A DNA stretch of 24,102 nt, taken from positions 1 through 24,102 of the IMG/VR virus record IMGVR_UViG_3300033489_000055. One strand, 5' to 3'. The position numbers were made by a program, and so were the translations under genes. The notes under the pieces were generated by a model. It was not told the origin of the DNA and did no database searches. It saw nothing but the letters and a program-made list of their open reading frames with translations. Source of the stretch: a virus. Lineage: Duplodnaviria > Caudoviricetes. Below, in pieces: positions 7,679-15,498 of the stretch. Position 1 is the stretch's first letter. Every line of letters starts with the position of its first letter.

Positions 7679-8686
7679 CTACACCAGCAGTCCGACGTTG
7701 GACGTGTCGCCGGCGGGCTTCACCGCGCCCACGATGGCGATCTTGTTGCGGTCGTTGACGTCCCACTTGATCAGCGTCGCGGGAGCGTCCGAGATGGTGG
7801 CGCAAGCGGCGTCCACCAGGAAATACCCTTGCGTCAGAGCCGGCAGCCGGAACACGCCCGTGGCCGCCACGGCGTAGTTGGCGCTCTGGTACAAGAACTT
7901 GCAGCCCTGGAAGTAGTTGAACGCGTCAACGCCCGTCGCGTCCGCCACCTCCACCAGAACATGGTTGGTCGCGTGCGACACCTGGCTCACGATCCGGCAG
8001 TTCTCGAACAGGTTTTCCTTCGCCGACGAATCGAACAGGATCTGCGAGTTCAATTGCGCCCCGCGCGCCAGTGTGAATGTCCCGATCACGCAGTGGTAGA
8101 ACTCGTTCTCTTCCGCCCCGTCCAGCTTCAGTGCGTACGCCCCCGCGATGTCGTTCGTCGCGGCCACGTACCCGGCGAAATGGCACCGCTCGAACCGGTT
8201 CCGGCTGCCCGTCACCTTCACTCCGCCGGTCGGGTTCACGCTTGCCACTTCGACCACCGTCAGCAGGTTCGCGAAGTAGCAGCCGTTCGCCGAAACCGTC
8301 ATCAAGTTCGATGCCCCGGCATACGCGTCGGTAAAAGCGATCCGCGAGCGCGGTGAAATGCTCACTCCGCTGTTGACCCCGATCAGGTGTACCAGGTCCT
8401 TGTTCCAGTCCAGCGTCGCGGCCTGCTTATCGGTGGTGTTGGCTGCCGCGTTCGCCTCGCTGTATAGCAACACGATATCGTTCTGGTTCGCCGTGCACTT
8501 GGAAAGTGCGTAGGGCAACGTCTTGAACGCCTCGCTCGGCTTCATGCCGCTGTTGCCGTCATTGCCGCTGGACGGCTTGACGTGGCAGATCTTGCCCTGG
8601 GTGAATGCTAGCCAGGGCGGAAGCTGCGGCAGCATCGGGATCGCCCCGATCCTCGGCAGTTGTGGTGTGAATCGTGTTTGTGCCAC
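7679..8686 (-). CDS. Right-handed beta-helix (pectate-lyase-like fold) protein, about 335 aa
   Basis: Likely GTG start at 8686 (MAQTRFTPQ...). HVKPSSGNDGNSG...AFKTL..AL cap motif; repeated N-x-F-x-x-C rungs (NRFERC, NEFYHC, NLFENC, NYFQGC). Confidence 0.8.
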   Translation of the reverse strand: MAQTRFTPQLPRIGAIPMLPQLPPWLAFTQGKICHVKPSSGNDGNSGMKPSEAFKTLPYALSKCTANQNDIVLLYSEANAAANTTDKQAATLDWNKDLVHLIGVNSGVSISPRSRIAFTDAYAGASNLMTVSANGCYFANLLTVVEVASVNPTGGVKVTGSRNRFERCHFAGYVAATNDIAGAYALKLDGAEENEFYHCVIGTFTLARGAQLNSQILFDSSAKENLFENCRIVSQVSHATNHVLVEVADATGVDAFNYFQGCKFLYQSANYAVAATGVFRLPALTQGYFLVDAACATISDAPATLIKWDVNDRNKIAIVGAVKPAGDTSNVGLLV

Positions 8687-8691
8687 TTTTC

Positions 8692-10806
8692 TTACCTGTT
8701 CCTTTCCTCGTCCTTGAAAATGTACACATGCACGCAACGGCACTTGTCGCCGCCGTCGCAATCGGGGTTCGGGACGCCCGGAATTTCGTCTAGTGTCGTG
8801 CCCTCGGCCCCGTCCGCGTGCGAGCAGTTCTCGCACGTATTCCAGTCCAACAGCGCGCTGTACTGCACCGCGCCGATCTCGTCGGAGTACTCCTGGTAGC
8901 CCGCCTGGCGTCCGTCCGCGAACGCTTCGTTCGCGCCCTTCGCCGCCGCGCCGTCGATCCACTTGTCCGATTGCTCGTCAAGCTCCTGTTCGACCTTGCG
9001 GATGATCTCGCCCTTGCTGAGATCGCCCGGCCGCCGCATCCAGTCCAGCGCCACGTTCGCGGCCCGGCTGGTGAGGGTAGTGATGAACTCCCCCACCACG
9101 CCGTCCGCGTAGACGCCTAGCGGATCGCGCTTGAGTTTCTTCTTCAACACGCTGGCCGCGCGGATCGCCTCGGCGTCTCTCGGCGCCGCGCCGGCCTGCT
9201 GCCGCTCTCGCTCCTGACCCACTTGTTGGGAGCCAAACTCGCCGACCCCCTGCAGGATTTCTTCAACCTCCGCGATTAACCGCTCGTCCGGAGCGACGCT
9301 CACGCGGTGCATCGACCGCACCGGCGCGTTCACCAGCTTGTTGACGATCTCGGCCTGGATGGCGCTCCGGGCCCGGCGCAGTGCGGCCGCGATCTCGTCG
9401 CGGCCTTTGTCCAGCGCGCTCACGATATCCGCCAGCGCCAGGTGCTTCTCGGCCGGCTTCAGCTCGCGCCGGAACTTCAGCCCGCCAGCTTCGCTCATCT
9501 CGGCCTTTGCGTCTTCGCGCCTTTGCGTGAGATCCGGCGCCGCCGGCCTAGGCCGCGCCGTCGCCTTGTCTTTGCCCGGCGCGCCCAGCTTGCTCCGCAG
9601 CCACTCCTCCAACTCCTCGTCGGATTCGATGGCGCCGGCCGTCGCCAGCTTCTGGAGCGCGTCCACCAGGCTCTCGAACCGCACCGAAAGAATCTGCTGA
9701 GGGACCAGCGTCGGGTATCGCTCGATGCCGGCGAAATTGAAATCCACCAGGCGCGCGATCGTGGTCCAGTTCATGACGCGGGCGATCTTGTTCGCCGTCG
9801 CTTGCAGCGCCAGGTAGAAAAAGTCGCTCATCGTTTGCCCGAGCGCGCGGTTGCCGCTGTCCGACTGCCCCAACACCATGAACTGCGCCAGGCCGGCCAT
9901 CGAGATCTGCACGTTATGGTGCGCGATCGACTCCTTCGCGTCGCGCGTCGTGCCCGTGACGCCCGCCAACCCAAACTCCCAGCCCGGAGGCAACAGCAGC
10001 GCGGCCTTCTCGTGCGTGCTGAGCTTCTGGAGCCACTCCAGCGCCGCCTCGCGGTCTTCCTTTTTGGCGTCGGCGGCCATCTTGATCCAGGGCACGCCCA
10101 TGCCGTTGCGCTCCTGCGCGATGGCGTCGATCTTGTACAGGTTGCTCTTGATGTACCAGTGCTGGTACATCGGCCTCAGCACCGACCGCCCCGCGTAGTT
10201 GCTGCCTTCCTGCTGGAAGGTGAACAGCGCGATCTTCGATGCCGGCACCTCGACGGTCTTGTAGACGTTGCCCGCGTAGCCGTACTGCTCGATCGCCGTC
10301 AGCTCCTCGGCCTCGTCCACCAGCCAGCGATTAAACGTGCTCGGCAGCCGCGGCGCCAGCTTGCGCAGCCGCACCCGGTTGCCGTCGATGTAGTACACGT
10401 CCTCGTGCGCCGCACAGCCGAAATCAAGCATCAGCAGCGCGTTCTCGATTACGCTGTCCAGCTCTAGCTCTTCGAGCAGGCAGGCGCGCACGAACTCCGT
10501 CGCCTCGCGCTCGATGGGCGTCGCGTTATCCGGCTCGAGGATGGCCCACTCGGCCGAGCGAATCGGGAGTTTCATCCCCATCAGCGTCGCCGCCACCTGG
10601 CCGTCTCCGCGCCGCATCTTCTCGTAGAGCTGAAATGCAGCCAGCCCTTCGAGCGACGGGTTGTACTCCCCGGCGTCGCGCAGGAATCCGCCCATGATCG
10701 GCGTGCCGGTGGCCCCGAACTCGGTCAGCTCCGGCCGTTCCGAGCCGCGCGCGTTAGCAAGCGGCTTCTCCGCCAGGCCGAGCATCCGCCTCCAGTTCAC
10801 GCGCAC
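8692..10806 (-). CDS. Portal protein (Mu gp29/DUF935-like) fused to MuF-like minor head domain
   Basis: Portal motifs (GRSVLRPMY, ERNGMGVP, HHNVQIS...LAQF, GNRALG) then C-terminal YSALLDWNTCENC...NPDC.GG.KCRC; single 704-aa frame. Start may be the GTG at 10800. Confidence 0.9.
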   Translation of the reverse strand: MRVNWRRMLGLAEKPLANARGSERPELTEFGATGTPIMGGFLRDAGEYNPSLEGLAAFQLYEKMRRGDGQVAATLMGMKLPIRSAEWAILEPDNATPIEREATEFVRACLLEELELDSVIENALLMLDFGCAAHEDVYYIDGNRVRLRKLAPRLPSTFNRWLVDEAEELTAIEQYGYAGNVYKTVEVPASKIALFTFQQEGSNYAGRSVLRPMYQHWYIKSNLYKIDAIAQERNGMGVPWIKMAADAKKEDREAALEWLQKLSTHEKAALLLPPGWEFGLAGVTGTTRDAKESIAHHNVQISMAGLAQFMVLGQSDSGNRALGQTMSDFFYLALQATANKIARVMNWTTIARLVDFNFAGIERYPTLVPQQILSVRFESLVDALQKLATAGAIESDEELEEWLRSKLGAPGKDKATARPRPAAPDLTQRREDAKAEMSEAGGLKFRRELKPAEKHLALADIVSALDKGRDEIAAALRRARSAIQAEIVNKLVNAPVRSMHRVSVAPDERLIAEVEEILQGVGEFGSQQVGQERERQQAGAAPRDAEAIRAASVLKKKLKRDPLGVYADGVVGEFITTLTSRAANVALDWMRRPGDLSKGEIIRKVEQELDEQSDKWIDGAAAKGANEAFADGRQAGYQEYSDEIGAVQYSALLDWNTCENCSHADGAEGTTLDEIPGVPNPDCDGGDKCRCVHVYIFKDEERNR
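9505..9530. repeat. CTTTGCG-type short repeat element inside the portal-MuF linker
   Basis: CTTTGCGT CTTCGCGC CTTTGCGTGA; encodes TQRREDAK in frame. Confidence 0.7.
10740..10764. repeat. REP-like element (CCGAGCCGCG family) in portal N-terminus
   Basis: CCGAGCCGCGCGCGTTAGCAAGCGG; 24/25 identical to 20106-20130; encodes PLANARGS. Confidence 0.85.
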
Positions 10807-10813
10807 CTCCCCG

Positions 10814-10844
10814 GCTGACCGCTGACCGCTGATAGCTGACTGCT
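10814..10844. repeat. Heptamer tandem repeat GCTGAYH, about 4.4 units
   Basis: GCTGACC GCTGACC GCTGATA GCTGACT GCT fills the terL-portal gap. Confidence 0.92.
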
Positions 10845-10846
10845 CC

Positions 10847-12256
10847 TCAAAACACCGCCTCCATGACGTTGCCCATCACCGTCCGCCCCTCTACCTCGCA
10901 CTCGCTGGCGGGCACGTAATGCCGCGGCCCCTCCATCGCTCCGCACAGCAGCGCCGTCGCCCAAAACCAGTCCGCGTGCCCGCCCTTGTTGGTGCGCTCC
11001 GCATCGAGCCTCACCGCGCCCGTCGCGCCCACGTACCGCTTCACCGCCTGGAATTCCCGCCTCAATTGCACCGACTCCGGCAGCCAGATCGCCCGGTCCT
11101 CGCAGCGCCGCTTGAGCAGCCCGGCCATGCGTTCCTTCACCAGCACCTTCGCCGCTTTGCCCTCTTCATCTTTCAGGCCCGATTCCACCGCCGTCGCGAA
11201 GTTCACCGGCTCCACGCACTCGAACTCCGCGCTCAGCTCCTCGCCGAGCTGCATCCCGAGCCCCGTCGCGTCCATCGCGAACCGCCCGCCGCTGGCTTCG
11301 ACCACCCGCGCGACATCGGCGCAGACCGAGCGCTGCTGCGCGAAGGTCTGCTGCGAGAGCACGATAACGCCGCAGATCACCACCAGCGGGCCCACCGGAT
11401 AGCCCAGGATGATCACCGAGCCGTCCCTCTTCCGCGCCACGTCGTAGCCGGCGCACAACCCGGGCCGCGGCTGCCAGTTCCAATCGAGCGTCGCCTCGCT
11501 CGATTCGCACGCCATCACCAGGCTGAGCGGGATGTACTGGCTGCCGTCTTCCATCGGGACGTTGCAGAAATCCTGAAGCCAGATGTCCTCGTCGCCGATC
11601 GCGTCCCGCATCGCCGCCAGGTCCACCGGAGATCCCTGCGCCACGGCCATCGCCGCATCCACCCAGTAGCCGTGCCAGCCCTGCCGTGCCACCGGCTGCC
11701 TCTCCGGCGCCACGCCGTCCGCCAGGCCGAGCATCTTGAGCAGCTCGCCGAACTGGTTGTTCAGCCCCTTGACCGTGGACAACACCCGGCACTTGAAGCC
11801 CCGGCTCACGCGCGTCATGCCCGCCGCCCAGATCGCCTTCGAGTCCCGGTGCAGCGCAAACTCGTCAAGCAGCAGATCGCCCGAATAGCCGCGGGCCGTG
11901 TCCGGATTCGCCGGCAGCGCCAGCAGCCGCTTCCCGTTCGGGAAAATCGCGCGGTGCTCGACGATGCTGGTCTGCTCGAAGTAGCCGTCCTCGAATTTCA
12001 CGTCCCAGGCGCGCGTGTGCATCTTGACCTTCTCCATCAGCTCCACGCTCTGCCTGTCGCTGGCGCTCAGCAGGATGCCGAGCTGCGCGGATGCGGCCCC
12101 CGGCTTCATGCGGTCCATCGATGCCTCCAGCGACGACACGAAGGACTTGCCGGACGCCTGCGCCGCGGCCACCACGAGCTTGAAGCGGTGGTCGTCCTCG
12201 ATCCATTGCTGCTGCCATGCCAGCAGCGGGATGATCGGCTTGGGCAGGTTATGCAT
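10847..12256 (-). CDS. terL: Terminase large subunit (Mu gp28-like)
   Basis: Q-motif LAWQQQW, P-loop QASGKS, LPANPDTARGYSG, Walker B LLLDEFA; nuclease motifs GYDVARKRD, MDATGLG, HADWFWA. Confidence 0.95.
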   Translation of the reverse strand: MHNLPKPIIPLLAWQQQWIEDDHRFKLVVAAAQASGKSFVSSLEASMDRMKPGAASAQLGILLSASDRQSVELMEKVKMHTRAWDVKFEDGYFEQTSIVEHRAIFPNGKRLLALPANPDTARGYSGDLLLDEFALHRDSKAIWAAGMTRVSRGFKCRVLSTVKGLNNQFGELLKMLGLADGVAPERQPVARQGWHGYWVDAAMAVAQGSPVDLAAMRDAIGDEDIWLQDFCNVPMEDGSQYIPLSLVMACESSEATLDWNWQPRPGLCAGYDVARKRDGSVIILGYPVGPLVVICGVIVLSQQTFAQQRSVCADVARVVEASGGRFAMDATGLGMQLGEELSAEFECVEPVNFATAVESGLKDEEGKAAKVLVKERMAGLLKRRCEDRAIWLPESVQLRREFQAVKRYVGATGAVRLDAERTNKGGHADWFWATALLCGAMEGPRHYVPASECEVEGRTVMGNVMEAVF

Positions 12257-12803
12257 TTTCCTCCGGCCTGATCCCGTAGATGGCCTGGATCTCCCGCAGC
12301 CGTTCCTCGGCCGTCATCGTCTCCGCCGGCGTCTCCAGCGTCGCCTTAACCCGCGACTCCCGCTCCTCGACGAGCTTCAGCTTCCGCTCGTCCAACTCCA
12401 GCGCCCGCTGGCGGATCGCCGCCTCGCGCTCCTTCACCGAAACCTCGCGCGCCCGGAGATTCTGCGCCTGCACCTTGAGCGGGTCCGCATCCTTGAACCC
12501 ATCGGCGTTCGCCATCAGCGCATCGGTCAGCAGAGCCTCGGCCATCTCCGTCGCCGTGAAATTGTTTGCCTTCAGCTCCGCGACCAGGTCGCCGACGTAC
12601 TCTCTCGCCGCCTGGCGCCGCGACTGCTCGGCCCGCCACTCCGACGCCCGCCGCGCGATCGTGCTGTCGGACACCGCCTCGCCGATCTCCGCCAGGTCCC
12701 GCACGATCGCGGTATAGGTTTTTTTCGCCCGGAAGCCGGCCACCATCAGCCGCTGCGCTTCCGCGCTCAGCGAATCCGTCGCCTTGTGTACGAGTCGCGC
12801 CAT
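12249..12803 (-). CDS. terS: Putative terminase small subunit (Mu gp27-like)
   Basis: N-terminal HTH (TYTAIVRDL...VSDSTIAR), coiled coil, C-terminal IQAIYGI; overlaps terL start. Confidence 0.8.
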   Translation of the reverse strand: MARLVHKATDSLSAEAQRLMVAGFRAKKTYTAIVRDLAEIGEAVSDSTIARRASEWRAEQSRRQAAREYVGDLVAELKANNFTATEMAEALLTDALMANADGFKDADPLKVQAQNLRAREVSVKEREAAIRQRALELDERKLKLVEERESRVKATLETPAETMTAEERLREIQAIYGIRPEENA

Positions 12804-13144
12804 CAGAACGCTACCGAGGGGTCCTCCGCGATCAATCCATCCAGCAGTTGCAGCCCGCGCGGCTCCAGCTTGGCGAACATGATCGTCTCCGCGCTCACGT
12901 CCATCGGCCGGTCGCGACGGAAGCCCGGCAGATCCCGCGCTCGCAAGATCCGCACATAGCCCTGGTCCGCGAGATAGCGCAAGTGGAAGCTCAGCTCATC
13001 GTGCGACAGCGGCACGCCCTGCGCGTCGAGCACGCGGATCAGGCTGCGGATGCTCGTCATCTCGCGCACGTAGTCCTCTTTCAGCGTGCGCAAGATACTG
13101 CCGCGCTCCTGCGCCCAGCGCGCCTTCTCGATGTCCGCCATCAT
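12803..13144 (-). CDS. Winged-helix-like protein (Mu gp26-like position)
   Basis: R..ILRTL...L..HLRYLADQGYV...AKL..RGLQLL.G pattern; directly upstream of terS. Confidence 0.75.
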   Translation of the reverse strand: MMADIEKARWAQERGSILRTLKEDYVREMTSIRSLIRVLDAQGVPLSHDELSFHLRYLADQGYVRILRARDLPGFRRDRPMDVSAETIMFAKLEPRGLQLLDGLIAEDPSVAF

Positions 13145-13470
13145 GCCGCCGGCCTCCTTCCCGTGGCGCAGGCTTCAGCCTGCGATGTGCGCGCAGCGCC
13201 GCCTGTGATGTACGCGCTCAGTTCCTTCACCCAGTTCTTTGTCTCGTCCACCTTCGTCGCCAGCACCCGCACCGCGATCAGCAGCTCGCGCTGCTCGCCC
13301 TGCCCGTCCTTCACCGCCGACGCCAGCGCGCCCATCGCCTCGGCCTGCTGCTTCTGGACCTCAAGGAATAGGCCTGCCCACTTGTCCACCAGCTTCCAGC
13401 CCACGTAGACGATCAGCCCGCTAATCCCCAGCGTCTTGACGATCTCCACCAGCCCCGAATACTCGCTCAT
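13141..13470 (-). CDS. Single-TM plus coiled-coil membrane protein (Mu gp25-like position; possible lysis accessory)
   Basis: TM segment LGISGLIVYVGWKLV followed by heptad helix; ATGA-coupled on both sides. Confidence 0.75.
   Translation of the reverse strand: MSEYSGLVEIVKTLGISGLIVYVGWKLVDKWAGLFLEVQKQQAEAMGALASAVKDGQGEQRELLIAVRVLATKVDETKNWVKELSAYITGGAARTSQAEACATGRRPAA
13163..13184 (+). repeat. GTRG-type REP-like palindrome
   Basis: GTGG CGCAGGCT TC AGCCTGCG; encodes SQAEACAT on the minus strand. Confidence 0.9.
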
Positions 13471-14708
13471 GGCATCACCAGAATCAGCGGGAAAAACATG
13501 TTGTAGGGGCCGCTCGCACGGGGGACCCGTGCGGACGGTGCGCCCATGTTGGCCGGCATTACCAACGTCGTCGTTCCCGTGCTGACGCTGCCGTCCGAGA
13601 AATTGTAGCGGAGCGATGTGGCGCCCACCAGCCCGTAGATGCCGGTCAGCAACAGCTCGGAAGCGAAATCCCCCGAGGTTCCGAGGTATTCTAGGTATAT
13701 GGCTGCGGAGTCGGTGGTCACCCCAAGGTAGTACGTACCGGCGCCTAGAATCACATCCCCCGGAAAAGTGATGCCAAAATAGACGGCGCTCGTCTCGCCG
13801 GTGATTGTGTTGGAGTTCCCGTTGGTCATCAGCGCGCCGGAAGCGTCCCAGAGTCCGATCGCCAGGTGCTGCGCGGCTACCGAGGAAAACACTCGGGCGT
13901 ACACCTTCCGGATGGTGATCGTGGCTGGGACCTCAAATTCCCAGTAATACACGCGGTTCGCAACCGCCGTTGCGACGGCCCAGCCTACCGAGGTCGTTAG
14001 GGGCGCGCCCCACGGCCAGAAATGCCCGGCTCCAGCCGTGGACATCATGACGTGGCCATGTGAGGTCGGCGCTTTGCCCGCCAGCGCGTCTGTCAGGCCC
14101 GTCACCTCCGCGACCGCGTAGTCGCCGCTCTGTGCTGTCACCGCGCCCGTCCGCCCGAACACGCTCGATACGCCCGCCTCGACGTCGCCCCATTTCACCC
14201 CGCGCGCCTGCGTCGAGTCCCGCAGCAGCGCCTGGCCATCCGTCCCGCCCGTGAGCAATCCCCAGCTCGTGCCGAACGCGATCAGGTCGCCCTTCGCCGC
14301 GCCCACCGGCGAGAGTTGCGTGAGCGCCAGCATCGTCGCCGGCGTCTGCACCGTCGAGAGCCGCACCGCCGAGATCGTCACCGGCGTCGCGCTCGTCGGC
14401 ACCCGCCATCGCTCGTACTTCAGCAGGCCGTCGCTCAGCCGGTACTCGGCTGTGTAGTCCACCGCCGCCGGCTGCGCCGTGTCGCCCGGCTCCAGCTCGA
14501 CCGTGAACGCGCCGTTCCTCACGGCCACCGCCACCTGGCCCGCCGCAACCGTCCTCGGCCCCGGCACCGTGAACGCATCCCACTTGATCGTGATCCGGCC
14601 ACTTACTAGCTTGCCCCTCGCGTCATACAAGGTGTCGGTAATCGTGGTTAGTCCGAACGCCGCCTGCGCCGTTGCCAGCCACAGCAAGATACTAAGTCCC
14701 CTACGCAT
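13467..14708 (-). CDS. Signal-peptide-bearing tail-fibre-like protein, 413 aa
   Basis: ATG at 14708: MRRGLSILLWLATAQAAFG|LTT. N-domain resembles lambda Stf N-terminus; KGDLI and VSSVFGRTGAVTAQSGDY fibre motifs; beta-rich C-terminal domain. Confidence 0.82.
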   Translation of the reverse strand: MRRGLSILLWLATAQAAFGLTTITDTLYDARGKLVSGRITIKWDAFTVPGPRTVAAGQVAVAVRNGAFTVELEPGDTAQPAAVDYTAEYRLSDGLLKYERWRVPTSATPVTISAVRLSTVQTPATMLALTQLSPVGAAKGDLIAFGTSWGLLTGGTDGQALLRDSTQARGVKWGDVEAGVSSVFGRTGAVTAQSGDYAVAEVTGLTDALAGKAPTSHGHVMMSTAGAGHFWPWGAPLTTSVGWAVATAVANRVYYWEFEVPATITIRKVYARVFSSVAAQHLAIGLWDASGALMTNGNSNTITGETSAVYFGITFPGDVILGAGTYYLGVTTDSAAIYLEYLGTSGDFASELLLTGIYGLVGATSLRYNFSDGSVSTGTTTLVMPANMGAPSARVPRASGPYNMFFPLILVMP

Positions 14709-14928
14709 GTCGCCGCATCGCCTCCTCCACCCGCTCGACCATCTCCGGCGTCCAGCCCAGCACACCAGCCAGGTCACCCCACGCGCTCAACACCGCCACC
14801 TCCGCGCGCCTGCCCTTGCCGTGGATCGCCACCGCCGCGCGGATCAGATCGGGCAGCGCCTTCGCGGCCTTTTGCACCCGCCTCTTCTCGCGACTGTTCA
14901 CCGGGTACATAGAGTCAAACAGTCCCAT
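14701..14928 (-). CDS. Hypothetical protein, 75 aa (probable first late gene)
   Basis: ATG after GGGGA; overlaps next start; helical composition. Confidence 0.65.
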   Translation of the reverse strand: MGLFDSMYPVNSREKRRVQKAAKALPDLIRAAVAIHGKGRRAEVAVLSAWGDLAGVLGWTPEMVERVEEAMRRHA

Positions 14929-14945
14929 GCGGGCGTCCCCACACG

Positions 14946-14983
14946 CCGGGCGCCGGAGCCGCCCAGTAGGCCCCGGCGCCCGG
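14946..14983 (-). promoter_or_regulatory. Strong GC hairpin at the early/late boundary
   Basis: CCGGGCGCCGG (14946-14956) pairs with 14973-14983; extends to 15 bp with one G-U on the minus-strand RNA; 8-nt loop. Confidence 0.6.
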
Positions 14984-15075
14984 ACACTCCGCGCCCGTCC
15001 GCATTGTGATTCCGCTGTCTTCGTGCGCTGCCGCCTTCATCGCATCCCCATAATGCAGATACCCGCCTCCGATTA

Positions 15076-15498
15076 CTAGGCCGCGTCGCGCCGGTTCATG
15101 GCGCGCACGCCCGAAAAAACGCGGTGGAAGTCGAGCCGGGTCCGGATCTGTTCCCGCCCGCCAAGCTGCCGCCGGATAAACGCGTGCTGCGTTTCCAGGC
15201 CCCATCCCCGCGCCGCGAAAGCCCGGCCGAGCGTCTCCAGGTCCTCGCCCGACACCAGCTCGATCTCGCCGCTGCGCGCGTAGCCGCGCTTCGGCAAAGA
15301 GGTAGTCCGCTTTCTTCGCAACTTATGGCCGGTCCAGTTGCGGTACAACCCTTCGAGCTGCTGCTCTGTAAGATCGCCCATCGAGTGGACTCCGAACTGT
15401 CCGCGACATACTTCGCGGAGTCCGTCGTGGTCCAGTCCGCGCTTCGCCGCTTCGGCGTGTACCGCGCGAAACAGCTTCGACCGCTGGTTCTTCATCAC
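15076..15498 (-). CDS. gemA: GemA-like regulatory protein (Mu gp16/DUF1018)
   Basis: KLFRAVHAEAAKRGLDHDGLR...GVHSMGDLTEQQL signature; end of early region. Confidence 0.82.
   Translation of the reverse strand: MMKNQRSKLFRAVHAEAAKRGLDHDGLREVCRGQFGVHSMGDLTEQQLEGLYRNWTGHKLRRKRTTSLPKRGYARSGEIELVSGEDLETLGRAFAARGWGLETQHAFIRRQLGGREQIRTRLDFHRVFSGVRAMNRRDAA

Noticed and set aside
8687-8962. N-terminal extensions in the ORF track (also 5953-6027, 14709-14777, 16092-16214, 19935-20126)
   Set aside because: They overlap upstream genes or leaders; downstream starts have better RBS or coupling.
13467-14050. Diversity-generating retroelement or invertible segment acting on the fibre tips
   Set aside because: No reverse transcriptase, no TR/VR pair differing at adenines, no invertase or flanking inverted repeats seen in the window.
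14915-15040. Small ORF MKAAAHEDSG...HGTV across the early/late gap
   Set aside because: Runs through a strong GC hairpin, weak RBS, no motif; region is more likely regulatory.
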